Positions 9,828-20,738 are shown, counted from the first letter of the stretch. The stretch is DNA of 64,000 bases from Pseudomonadota bacterium (GCA_027624955.1 JAQBTG010000017.1:1929-65928); one strand, 5' to 3'. Notes: generated by a model not told the origin, from the sequence alone. Made by a program: numbers and translations.

Positions 9828-11201
9828 ATGATTCCGCGTTATAGCCGCGCGGCAATGACCGCTATATGGGAGCCGGAGAACAGATTCCGTATCTGGCTCG
9901 ACATCGAACTTTATGCTCTGGAAAAGCAGGCCGAGCTTGGCATCGCTCCGAAGTCGGCGGTGTCGGCGCTAAAGCGCGCGGCGAAAAATCACCTCGGCAA
10001 AATCACCGACGCCAAGGCCATCGACAAGATCGAGCGGAAAACCCACCATGACGTCATCGCCTTCCTCACCAATTTGGCGAAATATGTCGGCCCTGAGGCG
10101 CGCTTTGTCCATCAGGGGCTTACCTCATCCGACGTGCTCGATACCTGCTTTGCTGTTCAACTCTGCCAGGCTTCGGACCTGCTGCTCGCTGATCTCGACG
10201 CGGTATTGAAAGCGCTCAAACGCCGCGCCCGGCAACATAAAAATACCCTGTGCGTCGGGCGTAGCCACGGTATTCATGCCGAGCCCACCAGCTTTGGCCT
10301 CAAGCTTGCCAGCCATTACGCCGAGTTTGCCCGTGCCCGTGAACGCATGGTGACGGCACGCGATGAAATTGCCACCTGTGCAATTTCAGGACCAGTAGGC
10401 ACCTTTGCCTCCGTTGACCCGCGCGTCGAAGCGCATGTCGCCAAGCGTCTCGGCCTTAGGCCGGAACCGGTTTCAAGCCAGGTCATCCCGCGCGACCGCC
10501 ACGCCGCCTATTTCGCGACGCTCGGCGTGATCGCAGGGTCTCTGGAACGAATCGCCGTCGAGATTCGCCATTTACAGCGCACCGAGGTGCGCGAGGTGGA
10601 GGAATTTTTTGCCAAGGGCCAGAAGGGTTCTTCGGCCATGCCGCACAAGCGCAACCCTGTTTTGAGTGAAAATCTGACCGGTCTCGCGCGCGTCGTCCGC
10701 GCCGCTGTCATTCCGGCCTTAGAAAACGTGGCGCTTTGGCACGAGCGCGACATTTCACATTCGTCGGCAGAGCGCGTGTTTGCGCCCGACGCCACCATCG
10801 CGCTTGATTTTGCCCTCGCCCGTCTGGCCGGCGTAATGGAAAACCTCGTAGTCCACCCGAAAGCCATGCGGGCCAACCTGGAGAGCCTCGGTGGGCTGGT
10901 CTATAGCCAGCGCGTCTTGCTCACGCTCATTCAGGCCGGTATTTCACGCGAGGACGCATACAGCTATGTGCAGGACAGCGCCATGCAGGTGTGGGAACAG
11001 GGCGGCAGTTTCGAAGATCGCCTATGGGCGAACAAAGTAATCAGCACTCGTTTGAGCCGCGGGCAATTGGCCGCCTGTTTCGACCCGGCGCCCTATCTCG
11101 CGCATACCGACACGATATTCGCGCGCGTGTTCGGTGCCGCAAAAAAGCAGAAAAAAGCCGCGCCGAAAAAGCGCCTGATTCGAAAGGAAGAAAACACATG
11201 A
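9828..11201 (+). CDS. purB: adenylosuccinate lyase
   Basis: Fumarate-lyase signature (GSSAMPHKRNP). Full-length PurB with an extra Lys-rich C-terminal tail (KKQKKAAPKKRLIRKEENT). Confidence 0.9.
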   Translation: MIPRYSRAAMTAIWEPENRFRIWLDIELYALEKQAELGIAPKSAVSALKRAAKNHLGKITDAKAIDKIERKTHHDVIAFLTNLAKYVGPEARFVHQGLTSSDVLDTCFAVQLCQASDLLLADLDAVLKALKRRARQHKNTLCVGRSHGIHAEPTSFGLKLASHYAEFARARERMVTARDEIATCAISGPVGTFASVDPRVEAHVAKRLGLRPEPVSSQVIPRDRHAAYFATLGVIAGSLERIAVEIRHLQRTEVREVEEFFAKGQKGSSAMPHKRNPVLSENLTGLARVVRAAVIPALENVALWHERDISHSSAERVFAPDATIALDFALARLAGVMENLVVHPKAMRANLESLGGLVYSQRVLLTLIQAGISREDAYSYVQDSAMQVWEQGGSFEDRLWANKVISTRLSRGQLAACFDPAPYLAHTDTIFARVFGAAKKQKKAAPKKRLIRKEENT

Positions 11202-11956
11202 GCAAAGCTACCGTCCTCATTACCGGCGCCGGCATCGGCATCGGCCATACCTCGGCCCTCGCATTCGCGGCTGCTGGGTATCATGTCTACGTCACCGATG
11301 TTCTCGACAAGGAGGGTGCGGAAACCGTCAGCGCCATTGAGGCAGCCGGCGGTACGGCGGAGTTTCATCGTCTCGACGTCACCGATACCGCCAATGTGAA
11401 TGCCGTGGTCAAGGCAGCAGAGAATGCTACCGGCGCGCTTGATGCAGTGGTGGCCAATGCCGGTATTGCGCACAAGGTGCCGCTTGATGAAATGACGGAC
11501 GAAAAATGGGCGCACACCCTGGATGTCGATCTGACCGGAGTCTTTCGCGTCTGCCGCGCCGCATCGCCGGCGATGCAAGCTGCGGGAAGGGGAGCCATCG
11601 TCGCCCTCTCTTCGGTCATGGGCACAACCTATGGCTGGCACGACCATGTGCAGTATAACGCCGCCAAATCCGGCGTGGTCGGGCTGGTGCGCGGCCTCGC
11701 CTGTGATTTGGGTCCGGGCGGAGTGCGCATCAACGGCGTCGCGCCGGGCTTTATTAAGACCGCGCAAGCGCTCTCGACCGTTCATTCGGTGGGTCTCGCT
11801 GGGCTGGAATCGTCAGCACAATATGTCCCTCTCGGGCGCTACGGCGAGCCGGAAGATATTTCCGACGTGATCCTGTTTCTCTGTTCCGATGGTGCCCGCT
11901 ATATGACCGGCCAGACGCTCATCGTCGACGGCGGCCTGACTGTGGGACGCTACTAA
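11198..11956 (+). CDS. SDR family oxidoreductase
   Basis: TGAGIGIG Rossmann motif and YNAAK active-site motif. Start at ATG 11198 overlaps the purB stop (ATGA). The longer ORF-track start lies inside purB and is rejected. Confidence 0.8.
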   Translation: MSKATVLITGAGIGIGHTSALAFAAAGYHVYVTDVLDKEGAETVSAIEAAGGTAEFHRLDVTDTANVNAVVKAAENATGALDAVVANAGIAHKVPLDEMTDEKWAHTLDVDLTGVFRVCRAASPAMQAAGRGAIVALSSVMGTTYGWHDHVQYNAAKSGVVGLVRGLACDLGPGGVRINGVAPGFIKTAQALSTVHSVGLAGLESSAQYVPLGRYGEPEDISDVILFLCSDGARYMTGQTLIVDGGLTVGRY

Positions 11957-11968
11957 GCCGATCTAGCG

Positions 11969-12571
11969 CTAGGCCTGTGCGATTTCTTCGCCGAGCAGGG
12001 CATTGCGGAAGCGGTCTTTCAGGAAGGCGCCATCGCGCGGCGGCAAAACCCGCGGCAAATTCTCCGCCTTGATCTTGATGATGGCGGCTATCGGCCCTAC
12101 AGCTTCGAGAATAATCGGCAGGGCATCGGCTAGGCCAGCCTGGTCGCGCACCAGGCGCGTTTCAGCAAAGCCGCAATTAGTCGCCACCCCGGCAAGATCC
12201 AATTGATGTGCCGTGTGACCATGTTGCATGCCAGTTTCGCCGTGGCGCTCATTATCCAACACAACGATGGCGAGGTTGGCGGGGCGCTGTGTGCCGATGG
12301 CCGCGAGCGTGCCCAGCCCCATGGTCATATCTCCATCCCCGGTAATGATGAGCACGCGCCGATGAGGCTGGGCCAAGGCGAGGCCCAGGCCGATCGAGGC
12401 GGTGTTTCCCATCGCGCCCCAGAGAAGAAAATCGAGCGGGTTGTTTTCGACCGCAGCACAATCCCATGCCGGCGAGCCAAGCCCGGCGACAACCAGTGCA
12501 TCGCCGCGTTTCGCCAATATGGCGCGCACGACGTCACGCCGGTCCAGTTCCGTATCCGGAGATTCAGACAT
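11969..12571 (-). CDS. comE: TPP-dependent decarboxylase beta subunit (sulfopyruvate decarboxylase ComE-like)
   Basis: TPP-binding GDG(X)n-N motif (ITGDGDMTMG...VLDNERHGETG). 200 aa. Start is 1 nt after the upstream subunit's stop. Confidence 0.7.
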   Translation of the reverse strand: MSESPDTELDRRDVVRAILAKRGDALVVAGLGSPAWDCAAVENNPLDFLLWGAMGNTASIGLGLALAQPHRRVLIITGDGDMTMGLGTLAAIGTQRPANLAIVVLDNERHGETGMQHGHTAHQLDLAGVATNCGFAETRLVRDQAGLADALPIILEAVGPIAAIIKIKAENLPRVLPPRDGAFLKDRFRNALLGEEIAQA

Positions 12572-12572
12572 T

Positions 12573-13115
12573 TTACTGGTTCACCTTACTGGGCCCCGTA
12601 AATTTTTTGACCCCAACGACACGCTGGGCAATGAGGACGGCGACCGTGCTCATCGTCTCGAATGCGAGTGCCGCCGCACCAGCGACCATTTCGCCCGCCA
12701 TATCGCTGTCTTCGACGCGTTTCACGATAACGCCGGACTGTTCAAGATAGGCCGCCGCGCCCTGCCCCATCGGCAATTGCCAGGGATTGAACTCGCGCCA
12801 TTCGCCACGCATGGTGACGATCATCAGCAGTGGAAAGCGGCAGGTGCGCATCAAAGAGAGCGCATTGATGCAATTGCCGACGCCGCTTGACTGCATGAGA
12901 AGCGCCGCGCGCTCACCGCCGAGCCAGGCGCCGGCTGCAACACCGACCCCTTCCTGTTCGGAAGAGAGCAACACCGGAAGCATGAGATTGTCGTCGGCGC
13001 AGAGCCGCAAAAGCGTATCCAACCCGCCGTCGGGCACATAGGGAATCTGCCGTACGCCGGCTTCAGAAAGCGCCGCGTGCGCGTCGAAGCCCCATTCTCG
13101 TGTAGAATTAACCAT
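12573..13115 (-). CDS. comD: TPP-dependent decarboxylase alpha subunit (sulfopyruvate decarboxylase ComD-like)
   Basis: TPP-enzyme N-terminal pyrimidine-binding domain (EQEGVGVAAGAWLGG). 180 aa. Forms the split two-subunit architecture with the next gene. Confidence 0.7.
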   Translation of the reverse strand: MVNSTREWGFDAHAALSEAGVRQIPYVPDGGLDTLLRLCADDNLMLPVLLSSEQEGVGVAAGAWLGGERAALLMQSSGVGNCINALSLMRTCRFPLLMIVTMRGEWREFNPWQLPMGQGAAAYLEQSGVIVKRVEDSDMAGEMVAGAAALAFETMSTVAVLIAQRVVGVKKFTGPSKVNQ

Positions 13116-13176
13116 TCTAAATTAGCATGCTATTTATTTCACGAGCTGGTTCCGCGGAAATGCACTCAGAACGATG

Positions 13177-13500
13177 TTACTCCTGCATCAGTTCCTCTTT
13201 GGCTTTATCGAGCAGACTGTCCATCTGGCGTCGAACGTCAGCGGCGTCTTCGCTGCGGCCTTTCGCCTTAAGGTCGCCCAATACCTTGCGCAACACATCG
13301 TCATCGCCCGGCTCATCGAAATCCGAAATTACAACCTGCTTGGCGTAGGCGTCCGCATCCGCGCCTTCGATTTTCATCAGGTCGGCGGCCCATAACCCGA
13401 GCAATTTGTTACGCCGCGCCGTGACCTTGAATTTGAACTCTTCATCATGCCGGAATTTGGCTTCTGCAGACGTTTTTCGTTCCTCAAATCCATTGCTCAT
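13177..13500 (-). CDS. DUF1476 family protein (F1-ATPase inhibitor zeta-subunit-like)
   Basis: MSNGFEERKTSAEAKFRHDEEF matches the conserved alphaproteobacterial DUF1476 family. Start chosen at ATG 13498-13500. Confidence 0.7.
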   Translation of the reverse strand: MSNGFEERKTSAEAKFRHDEEFKFKVTARRNKLLGLWAADLMKIEGADADAYAKQVVISDFDEPGDDDVLRKVLGDLKAKGRSEDAADVRRQMDSLLDKAKEELMQE

Positions 13501-13680
13501 CGCCGTCGATTCCTTGTTTCTGTTGTGCCGCGCCGCGCGGCGCCTTGCCATTGTGCCAAAGGGTCATCTTGTGGTCTATGTTTTGTCCACAATATGCGCC
13601 GTATGCCGATCTCGGCGACGGACGGCCCTGGAGATTCTTGGCTCTTATATGAGACGCGTCAGCTGCTTTGTAAACCGAGT

Positions 13681-13695
13681 ATTGCCGTCGGCAAT
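13681..13695. promoter_or_regulatory. 7-1-7 palindrome ATTGCCGTCGGCAAT in the DUF1476/NRDE divergent region
   Basis: Read directly from the sequence. Confidence 0.35.
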
Positions 13696-13771
13696 GCGCG
13701 AGCGGCTAACTGGAACAAGATAAATCCGGCACGACCCGGCACAATCCGATAGGGAGAGCCATAAAACTATC

Positions 13772-14524
13772 ATGTGCACTTTGGTGATACTCTGCCGCCC
13801 CGGCCATGAATGGCCGGTGCTCATTGCCGCCAATCGGGATGAAATGCTCGACCGCACTTGGTCCGCGCCGGCGCGCCATTGGCAGGACCGCCCGGAAGTG
13901 GTCGCCGGGCGTGACGAATTGGCGGGCGGAAGCTGGCTCGGCGTCAATGATCACGGCGTCATCGCCGGAATCTTGAACCGGATGGGCTCGCTCGGGCCGA
14001 GCGACGGTAAGCGCTCGCGCGGAGAATTGGTGCTGGAGGCTCTCGACCACAGCGATGCGTCGGTGGCGGCGAAAGCACTCGCATCCCTCGACGGCAGCGC
14101 CTACCGATCATTCAATCTAGTTCTGGCCGACAATAGCGGCGCCTTCTGGCTGCGTCATGACGGCCATAAGACGATCGACTGTCACACCATTCCTCCGGGC
14201 TTTTCTATGTTTACTGCGTATGACAGGAATTCTCCTGAATCGCCGCGCGTCCGGCACCATTTGCCGCGCTTCGAGAGCGCCCCCATACCGGATCCCGGAC
14301 ATAATGATTGGCAATCTTGGGAAAAACTCTTAGCAAGCCAAGAGAATGACGAAATCAATGAAACTGGCGACGCAGCAATATGTGTGGTGACTCGGTTGGG
14401 ATTCGGCACGGTAAACGCCTCTGTGCTCGCTTTACCGGCACCGTCATCGCCGCCACGGCGCCCGGTTTGGCGTTTTGCGCCGGGGCCTCCATGCGAGAGT
14501 TCCTTTTCTGTTGTAAAGCTTTAA
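13772..14524 (+). CDS. NRDE family protein (Tango2-like, DUF833)
   Basis: N-terminal MCTLV and NRDE motif (LIAANRDE). Confidence 0.75.
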   Translation: MCTLVILCRPGHEWPVLIAANRDEMLDRTWSAPARHWQDRPEVVAGRDELAGGSWLGVNDHGVIAGILNRMGSLGPSDGKRSRGELVLEALDHSDASVAAKALASLDGSAYRSFNLVLADNSGAFWLRHDGHKTIDCHTIPPGFSMFTAYDRNSPESPRVRHHLPRFESAPIPDPGHNDWQSWEKLLASQENDEINETGDAAICVVTRLGFGTVNASVLALPAPSSPPRRPVWRFAPGPPCESSFSVVKL

Positions 14525-14705
14525 GGCAGTTCAGGGAGGCTCTGGTTTACGCTCGACGCTTGCGCAGGATGTGCCATTCCGGGGCAACATTGTTTTGCCA
14601 GCCCACTTTGACTATGGTCTTGCCGAGCGCAGCTCAATGTCGAGTTGCGGCCCGTTCCGCGGTGCAGGCGGGTTTCAAGAATTTCTCCGTTGTGGAGGTC
14701 CGGCG

Positions 14706-15503
14706 ATGTCCCGTCGCAGGCGAATTTACGAAGGCAAAGCCAAGGTGATCTACGAGGGCACCGAGCCCGGTACCCTTGTGCAATATTTCAAGGACGACGC
14801 GACCCGGGACGCAAGCGGCGACATTGCCACGATCACTGGCAAAGGCGTTCTGAACAACCGAATTTCAGAGCATTTGATGACCCGCCTCGCCGAAATCGGC
14901 GTGCCGACACATTTGGTGCGCCGCCTCAACATGCGCGAACAGTTGATCCGCGAGGTCGAAATAATTCCCGTGCAGGTGGTGGTCCGCAACATCGTCGCCG
15001 GCACCCTCGCCAAGCGTCTCGGCATTGAAGAAGGCACCGCCTTGCCACGCTCGATCGTCGAATATTACTACAAAAGCGATGAGCTCGGCGATCCGATGAT
15101 CTCCGAGGAGCATATCACTGCCTTCGGCTGGGCCATGCCGCAGGAACTCGACGATATGCTGTCGATGGCGCTCAGGGTAAATGACTTTCTTTCCGGCCTT
15201 TTTTACGGTGTTGGCATTCGCCTGGTAGATTTTCAGCTTGAATTTGGCCGTCTTTGGCAAGGCGAGGAATTACGTATCGTACTGGCGGATGAAATCAGCC
15301 CTGATACCTGCCGTCTATGGGATCTTGAAACCGACGAGCGGCTCGATCGCGACCGTGGGCGCCTCAGCATGAGCGAGGCCGCCGAAGCCTATCAGGAAGT
15401 CGCACGCAGACTCGGCATCCTACCGCAGTCTGATGTCGTCGATTTGCACGGCCATAGCCAGCCAGTTGATATCAAGGAGCGGCGGGCCAAGACCGAGAGA
15501 TGA
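14706..15503 (+). CDS. purC: phosphoribosylaminoimidazole-succinocarboxamide synthase
   Basis: [11 protein letters not shown]...QYFKDD SAICAR synthase N-terminus. Start moved to ATG 14706; the upstream in-frame extension has no homology. Confidence 0.9.
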   Translation: MSRRRRIYEGKAKVIYEGTEPGTLVQYFKDDATRDASGDIATITGKGVLNNRISEHLMTRLAEIGVPTHLVRRLNMREQLIREVEIIPVQVVVRNIVAGTLAKRLGIEEGTALPRSIVEYYYKSDELGDPMISEEHITAFGWAMPQELDDMLSMALRVNDFLSGLFYGVGIRLVDFQLEFGRLWQGEELRIVLADEISPDTCRLWDLETDERLDRDRGRLSMSEAAEAYQEVARRLGILPQSDVVDLHGHSQPVDIKERRAKTER

Positions 15504-15742
15504 GAGCCAGAATTCACATTACCCTGAAATCGGGCGTTCTCGACCCGCAGGGCAAAGCGATCCAATCCTCGCTCGGCGCACTTGGCTTTACCGGCGTCGA
15601 GAATGTGCGCCAAGGCAAGTATATCGAGCTCGATATTTCCGAAGACGATCAGGCAAAAGCACATGAACAGCTCACGCAGATGTGCGAAAAATTACTAGCC
15701 AACACCGTGATCGAAAACTACATCATCGATTTGGAGACATGA
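15500..15742 (+). CDS. purS: phosphoribosylformylglycinamidine synthase subunit PurS
   Basis: 80-aa PurS fold ([12 protein letters not shown]). 4-nt overlap with purC. Confidence 0.9.
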   Translation: MRARIHITLKSGVLDPQGKAIQSSLGALGFTGVENVRQGKYIELDISEDDQAKAHEQLTQMCEKLLANTVIENYIIDLET

Positions 15743-15827
15743 GAGCGGAAACCGTGAACTCTGGGGTGCGCCGCCTCGGGCGGCTTTGGGGAGAGCGCTG
15801 CCTAAAACGCCATTGGCGAGCGTTCGC

Positions 15828-16517
15828 ATGAAAGCGGCGGTTGTCGTTTTTCCCGGTTCCAACTGCGACCGCGATGTCAAAGTCGCGCTTGAGGCATCAA
15901 GCGGTAAAACACCGGCGATGGTATGGCATGGCGACGGCAATCTGCCCGATTGCGATCTGATCGTGCTTCCGGGCGGCTTTTCCTACGGCGATTATCTGCG
16001 TTCGGGTGCGATCGCAGCCAATTCGCCCGTCATGCGTGCGGTTATAGATGCGGCGCAACGCGGCACCCGCCTCCTCGCCATCTGCAACGGCTTCCAAATT
16101 GCGGCTGAGGCCGGTCTGCTGCCAGGCGTTCTCATGCCCAACGCCTCACTAAAATTCGTCTGCAAGGATGTGCATCTGCGGGTCGAATCGGCAGACAGCC
16201 CGTTTACGCGGAATTATTCACCAGGTGAACTGGTACGCATGCCGATCGCCCACCGTGATGGCAATTATTTTGCGGAGGCGCGGGAATTGGACGCGTTGGA
16301 AGAAAACGGCCTCGTTGCCTTCCGCTATTGCGAGGCCGACGGAACCCTTTCGTCTGGCGCCAATCCCAATGGCTCGGCGCGTAACATCGCTGGAATCTTC
16401 AATAAAGAACGCACCATTCTAGGCATGATGCCGCACCCCGAACGCCTTGCAGACGTGCGTCTCGGCGGCATCGACGGCAAGGCCATGTTCGACGGCCTTC
16501 TGGCGGCGCTGGCATGA
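15828..16517 (+). CDS. purQ: phosphoribosylformylglycinamidine synthase glutaminase subunit PurQ
   Basis: [14 protein letters not shown], with the catalytic Cys in LAICNGFQ. Confidence 0.9.
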   Translation: MKAAVVVFPGSNCDRDVKVALEASSGKTPAMVWHGDGNLPDCDLIVLPGGFSYGDYLRSGAIAANSPVMRAVIDAAQRGTRLLAICNGFQIAAEAGLLPGVLMPNASLKFVCKDVHLRVESADSPFTRNYSPGELVRMPIAHRDGNYFAEARELDALEENGLVAFRYCEADGTLSSGANPNGSARNIAGIFNKERTILGMMPHPERLADVRLGGIDGKAMFDGLLAALA

Positions 16518-18775
16518 ACAGCGGCCCGCCGATCACCGAACCTGCTGCAGACGCCGAGGTTATTGCCGCGCACGGTTTAAGCGCAGAGGAATATTCCCTT
16601 ATTGAGAAGCGCCTGGGCCGAGCGCCCAACGAGACCGAGCTCGGCATATTTTCGGTCATGTGGAGCGAGCATTGCTCTTACAAATCCTCGCGTATCTGGC
16701 TCAAAAAATTGCCGACCGAAGCCGATTGGGTGATTTGCGGGCCGGGTGAAAATGCTGGGGTAATCGATATCGGTGACGGCCAGGCGGCGATCTTCAAGAT
16801 GGAAAGCCATAACCACCCCTCCTTCATCGAGCCCTATCAGGGTGCGGCCACCGGCGTCGGCGGCATCATGCGCGATATATTCACCATGGGCGCACGACCG
16901 ATCGCCAATATGAACGCACTCCGATTCGGTGATCCGGCCCATCCGAGAACGCGGCATCTGGTTTCCGGAGTCGTCGCCGGCATTGGCGGCTACGGCAATT
17001 GCATGGGCATCCCGACAATCGGCGGCGAATGCAATTTTCACAACGCCTACAATGGCAACATTTTGGTTAACGCGATGACCGTCGGCCTGGCCGACAAAGA
17101 GCGCATCTTCTACTCCGCGGCCGCTGGAATCGGTCATCCCGTGGTCTATGTTGGTTCAAAGACGGGGCGCGACGGCATTCACGGCGCTACCATGGCCTCA
17201 GCCGAGTTCGATGCGAATTCAGAGGAAAAGCGCCCGACCGTTCAGGTCGGCGACCCGTTCACCGAAAAATTAGTGCTCGAAGCCTGCCTGGAACTAATGG
17301 CGACGGACGCCATTCTTGCCATACAGGATATGGGCGCGGCGGGGCTGACCTGCTCCTCAGTGGAAATGGTGAGCAAGGGCGGAACCGGGATCGAACTTGA
17401 TCTCGACTGCGTGCCGACCCGCGAGGAAGGCATGACGCCGTACGAAATCATGCTGTCGGAAAGCCAAGAACGCATGCTCATGGTCCTCAAACCAGGCTCG
17501 GAGGGCGCGGCGCGCAAAATATTCGAAAAATGGGAACTCGATTTCGCTATTGTCGGGCGCATCACCGATAGCGGCCGCATGGTGTTGAAAAGCGGCAACA
17601 ACATCGTCGCCGACCTGCCGGTGGGACCGCTCGTCGATGACGCACCGATCTATGACCGCCCCTATGAGCGCCGGGAAAGACCGGAGCCAATATCTGCGGT
17701 CGAATTAAATGCATCGGATGTCGCTCCCTTATCTGCGCTACGCACGTTGCTCGGCGCGCCGGACCTCTGCGCCAAGCGTTGGATATGGGAGCAGTACGAC
17801 CATATGGTGATGGCCGATACGATCGTCAGGCCGGGTGGTGACGCTGGCGTCGTGCGGGTGCATGGCAGCAACAAGGGTTTGGCGATCAGCACTGACTGCA
17901 CGCCGCGTTATTGCGCCGCCCATCCCGAAAGCGGCGGTGCCCAAGCGGTGGCCGAGACATGGCGCAACTTGACGGCAGTGGGCGCCACGCCACTGGCGAT
18001 TACCGATTGCTTAAACTTCGGCAATCCCGAACGACCCGAGGTGATGGGCCAATTCGTCGGCTGCATAGAAGGCATGGCCAAAGCCTGTCGAGCGCTCGAC
18101 TATCCCGTTATTTCGGGCAATGTCTCCTTCTACAACGAGACCGAAGGTGTTGGCATTCTGCCGACGCCGGCGATTGGCGGAGTCGGATTGATCGCCAATA
18201 TCGACCGCATGGCACGCATCGCATTTGCCGAGTCGGGCGAACAAATTTTGTTGATCGGCGAGACCAAAGGCCATCTTGACGCTTCGATATATGCGCGCGA
18301 GATGCTCGGCCGCGAGGACGGACCGCCGCCGCCGGTGGATCTTGCCGTTGAGCGGCGCAACGGTGAGTTTGTGCGCGGGCTGATCGAAGCTGGGCGCGTC
18401 AGGACCTGCCACGATATTTCGGATGGCGGCCTGCTGGTGGCAGTGGCCGAAATGTCTCTCGCCGCTCTTGCAGAAGGACGTGAAATCGGCGCCACAATAG
18501 ATATCCCGGACTCCGAAATCCCGCTCCATGCCTGGCTTTTCGGCGAGGATCAGGCGCGTTACGTCGTCAGCGCCGGCGCGGCACAGGCAAAAACCATCAT
18601 CAATGACGCCATCGGGGCAAATATACCCATTTATTCCATAGGGTTGAGTGGCGGTGCCACGTTGACACTAGGCGGTACAGGTGCCATATCCCTTAACGAA
18701 CTACAGCGCGCCCACGAAGACTGGCTTCCGCATTATATGGAAGCGCCCGACGGGCCCGTGAGCTCCGGAGAATAA
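16514..18775 (+). CDS. purL: phosphoribosylformylglycinamidine synthase subunit PurL
   Basis: 753-aa FGAM synthetase II with AIR-synthase-related domains. 4-nt overlap with purQ. Confidence 0.9.
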   Translation: MNSGPPITEPAADAEVIAAHGLSAEEYSLIEKRLGRAPNETELGIFSVMWSEHCSYKSSRIWLKKLPTEADWVICGPGENAGVIDIGDGQAAIFKMESHNHPSFIEPYQGAATGVGGIMRDIFTMGARPIANMNALRFGDPAHPRTRHLVSGVVAGIGGYGNCMGIPTIGGECNFHNAYNGNILVNAMTVGLADKERIFYSAAAGIGHPVVYVGSKTGRDGIHGATMASAEFDANSEEKRPTVQVGDPFTEKLVLEACLELMATDAILAIQDMGAAGLTCSSVEMVSKGGTGIELDLDCVPTREEGMTPYEIMLSESQERMLMVLKPGSEGAARKIFEKWELDFAIVGRITDSGRMVLKSGNNIVADLPVGPLVDDAPIYDRPYERRERPEPISAVELNASDVAPLSALRTLLGAPDLCAKRWIWEQYDHMVMADTIVRPGGDAGVVRVHGSNKGLAISTDCTPRYCAAHPESGGAQAVAETWRNLTAVGATPLAITDCLNFGNPERPEVMGQFVGCIEGMAKACRALDYPVISGNVSFYNETEGVGILPTPAIGGVGLIANIDRMARIAFAESGEQILLIGETKGHLDASIYAREMLGREDGPPPPVDLAVERRNGEFVRGLIEAGRVRTCHDISDGGLLVAVAEMSLAALAEGREIGATIDIPDSEIPLHAWLFGEDQARYVVSAGAAQAKTIINDAIGANIPIYSIGLSGGATLTLGGTGAISLNELQRAHEDWLPHYMEAPDGPVSSGE

Positions 18776-18779
18776 GATA

Positions 18780-19019
18780 ATGGCCATGGAATCCGGTGAA
18801 ATCATGCGATTGATCCAGGAAAGCATCCCTGACGCAGAAGTGCGCATCGACGATTTAAAAGGCGATGGCGATCACTACGCAGCACTCGTGCTCTCCTCCA
18901 GTTTCAAAGGGAAATCACGCATTCAGCAGCATCAAATGGTCTATAAGGCCCTCAAGGGCCGTATGGGCGATCAACTTCATGCACTCGCTCTAAAAACCGA
19001 AGTACCCGGTGAAAAATAA
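18780..19019 (+). CDS. bolA: BolA family protein
   Basis: 79 aa with a BolA-like fold. Sits in the conserved purL-bolA-grxD arrangement. Confidence 0.75.
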   Translation: MAMESGEIMRLIQESIPDAEVRIDDLKGDGDHYAALVLSSSFKGKSRIQQHQMVYKALKGRMGDQLHALALKTEVPGEK

Positions 19020-19049
19020 AAACGGGCTTGAAAATTTCCAAGGAATGAA

Positions 19050-19406
19050 TTGATGAATACGATGACCGACAACCCCGTCACCCAACGCATCCGTCAAACG
19101 ATCGACAATAGTGATGTGGTGCTGTTCATGAAGGGTACCCCGGTATTTCCGCAATGCGGATTTTCGGCAACGCTGGTGCAGGTGCTCTCGCTTATGGGCG
19201 TCAAGTTCAAGGGCTTTGACGTGCTTGAGGATCCGGAAGTGCGCGACGGCATAAAAAGCTTTAGCGAGTGGCCGACTATTCCCCAGCTCTACGTCAAAGG
19301 TGAGTTCGTCGGTGGCTGCGATATTGTGCGCGAAATGTATGAATCTGGCGAATTGACTGAGTTCATGACGACGCACGGCGTCGAACAGCAACCCCGTCAA
19401 GGTTAA
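19050..19406 (+). CDS. grxD: monothiol glutaredoxin Grx4 family
   Basis: CGFS active site (PQCGFSAT). Confidence 0.9.
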   Translation: MMNTMTDNPVTQRIRQTIDNSDVVLFMKGTPVFPQCGFSATLVQVLSLMGVKFKGFDVLEDPEVRDGIKSFSEWPTIPQLYVKGEFVGGCDIVREMYESGELTEFMTTHGVEQQPRQG

Positions 19407-19424
19407 TCGCGGGAAACTGCATCA

Positions 19425-19799
19425 ATGACTCTGGACTGTTCTGAGCCTATCGGTCCGGAAGTCATTCGCGAATATCACGCGCATATTTATTATGACGCTA
19501 AGACCCAACGCGCGGCCGCCGAGGTGCGCGCCGCATTAGCTGAGCGTTTCGACGTCGCGCTCGGGCGCTGGCGCGACCAACCAGTCGGCCCACATCCCAA
19601 AGCGATGTATCAAGTCGCCTTCCCGCCCAAAATGTTTGCTGAGTTCGTGCCCTGGTTGATGCTCAACCGCCGCGGCCTAACAATATTGGTGCATCCCGAT
19701 ACAGGTCACGACGTGCCCGACCATGAGGATCATCCGCTCTGGCTGGGCGAAAAGCTCGACCTCGACATTGAGATGCTGCGCGCTTTTACACGAAATTGA
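19425..19799 (+). CDS. DOPA 4,5-dioxygenase family protein (YgiD-like)
   Basis: YHAHIYYD...HPDTG histidine-rich motifs typical of the YgiD/DODA family. Confidence 0.65.
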   Translation: MTLDCSEPIGPEVIREYHAHIYYDAKTQRAAAEVRAALAERFDVALGRWRDQPVGPHPKAMYQVAFPPKMFAEFVPWLMLNRRGLTILVHPDTGHDVPDHEDHPLWLGEKLDLDIEMLRAFTRN

Positions 19800-19838
19800 G
19801 TATCAACCGGGACCGATCATCAGTCGGGAATTGAGCGG

Positions 19839-20642
19839 CTAAACCGGCCGAGCGTTGGGCGCTGCAGCGGCTTCGAATTTCTGAATTTGAGCCGCGCTCA
19901 TGGTTATCGACTGGGAAAGAACGAACCAGCGAACTCCCTCGCTACAGGGCGGCGTCGTGAGCGAGCCTTTATAATGGTGATAGCGCCCGTTCGGCGGCAA
20001 AATCGCGCTGGCATTGACGTTCACGTCCACCACCACGGTCTCCGCGGTTTCGTGGACAGGAAGGTGCGCCCAAGCATCGGTCAGCGCGGCGTTGGTTTCG
20101 CCCTCTTCGATCATCACGCCGATCACCGCTAGCCCGCCATGGCTATCCTTGTGCACAAAATGCGCTTCCATCGGGAAGGCCTTGCCGTCCACTGTATGCT
20201 CGCTTGGCGCATGAAAATGGAACTGCAGCAAATCATATTTCTGGCCCTCAATCGACATTGAGCTGCCCGGTGCATAGTTCAGCTGAACGGTGTGGCCATT
20301 GTGGACAATGCTGAGCGGCACATCTTGGTAGGCTAAGTCATGGTTTGGCGCGCCGACCGCGAGGCCGGTGGCCGCCGACGCGATGTCAATCGGCGATTGC
20401 ATCCGCCCCGACTTGCAGGCGGCGAAATCGGGCGATAAGTCGCCCCAATGTTCTGGCCCTTCGGCTCCCGCGTAGGTCCAGTGGACGGCGTGGCCGCCTG
20501 CGGCCTCGTGTTCATCTTGTCCACCATTATCGCCATGCTCCTCCTCATGCTCGCCCTCACCGTGACTCTGCAGCGGCCACAGCGACAGCGCGACGATAGC
20601 CGCGACAGCAATAAGAACGGCGAAATAATCGAGCTTTATCAT
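19839..20642 (-). CDS. alpha-class carbonic anhydrase, secreted
   Basis: HWTYAG...GRMQSPIDI...QFHFHAPSEH...EAHFVH alpha-CA signature with zinc-ligand His. Signal peptide followed by a His/Glu-rich linker. Start at ATG 20640-20642. Confidence 0.85.
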   Translation of the reverse strand: MIKLDYFAVLIAVAAIVALSLWPLQSHGEGEHEEEHGDNGGQDEHEAAGGHAVHWTYAGAEGPEHWGDLSPDFAACKSGRMQSPIDIASAATGLAVGAPNHDLAYQDVPLSIVHNGHTVQLNYAPGSSMSIEGQKYDLLQFHFHAPSEHTVDGKAFPMEAHFVHKDSHGGLAVIGVMIEEGETNAALTDAWAHLPVHETAETVVVDVNVNASAILPPNGRYHHYKGSLTTPPCSEGVRWFVLSQSITMSAAQIQKFEAAAAPNARPV

Positions 20643-20738
20643 TGCCCTTTCCCCCTCGAAGGCAGACGAAGCACTAATACTTACCGGTTTCTCGTCCCCG
20701 CACAATCGCCTAAACGGATGGCTTGCAGTTTGGTGTAC

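Noticed and set aside
10991-11197. N-terminal 69-codon extension of the SDR ORF
   Set aside because: It overlaps the purB coding region in another frame. The ATG at 11198 with the conserved MSKATVLITGAG start is the biologically sensible one.
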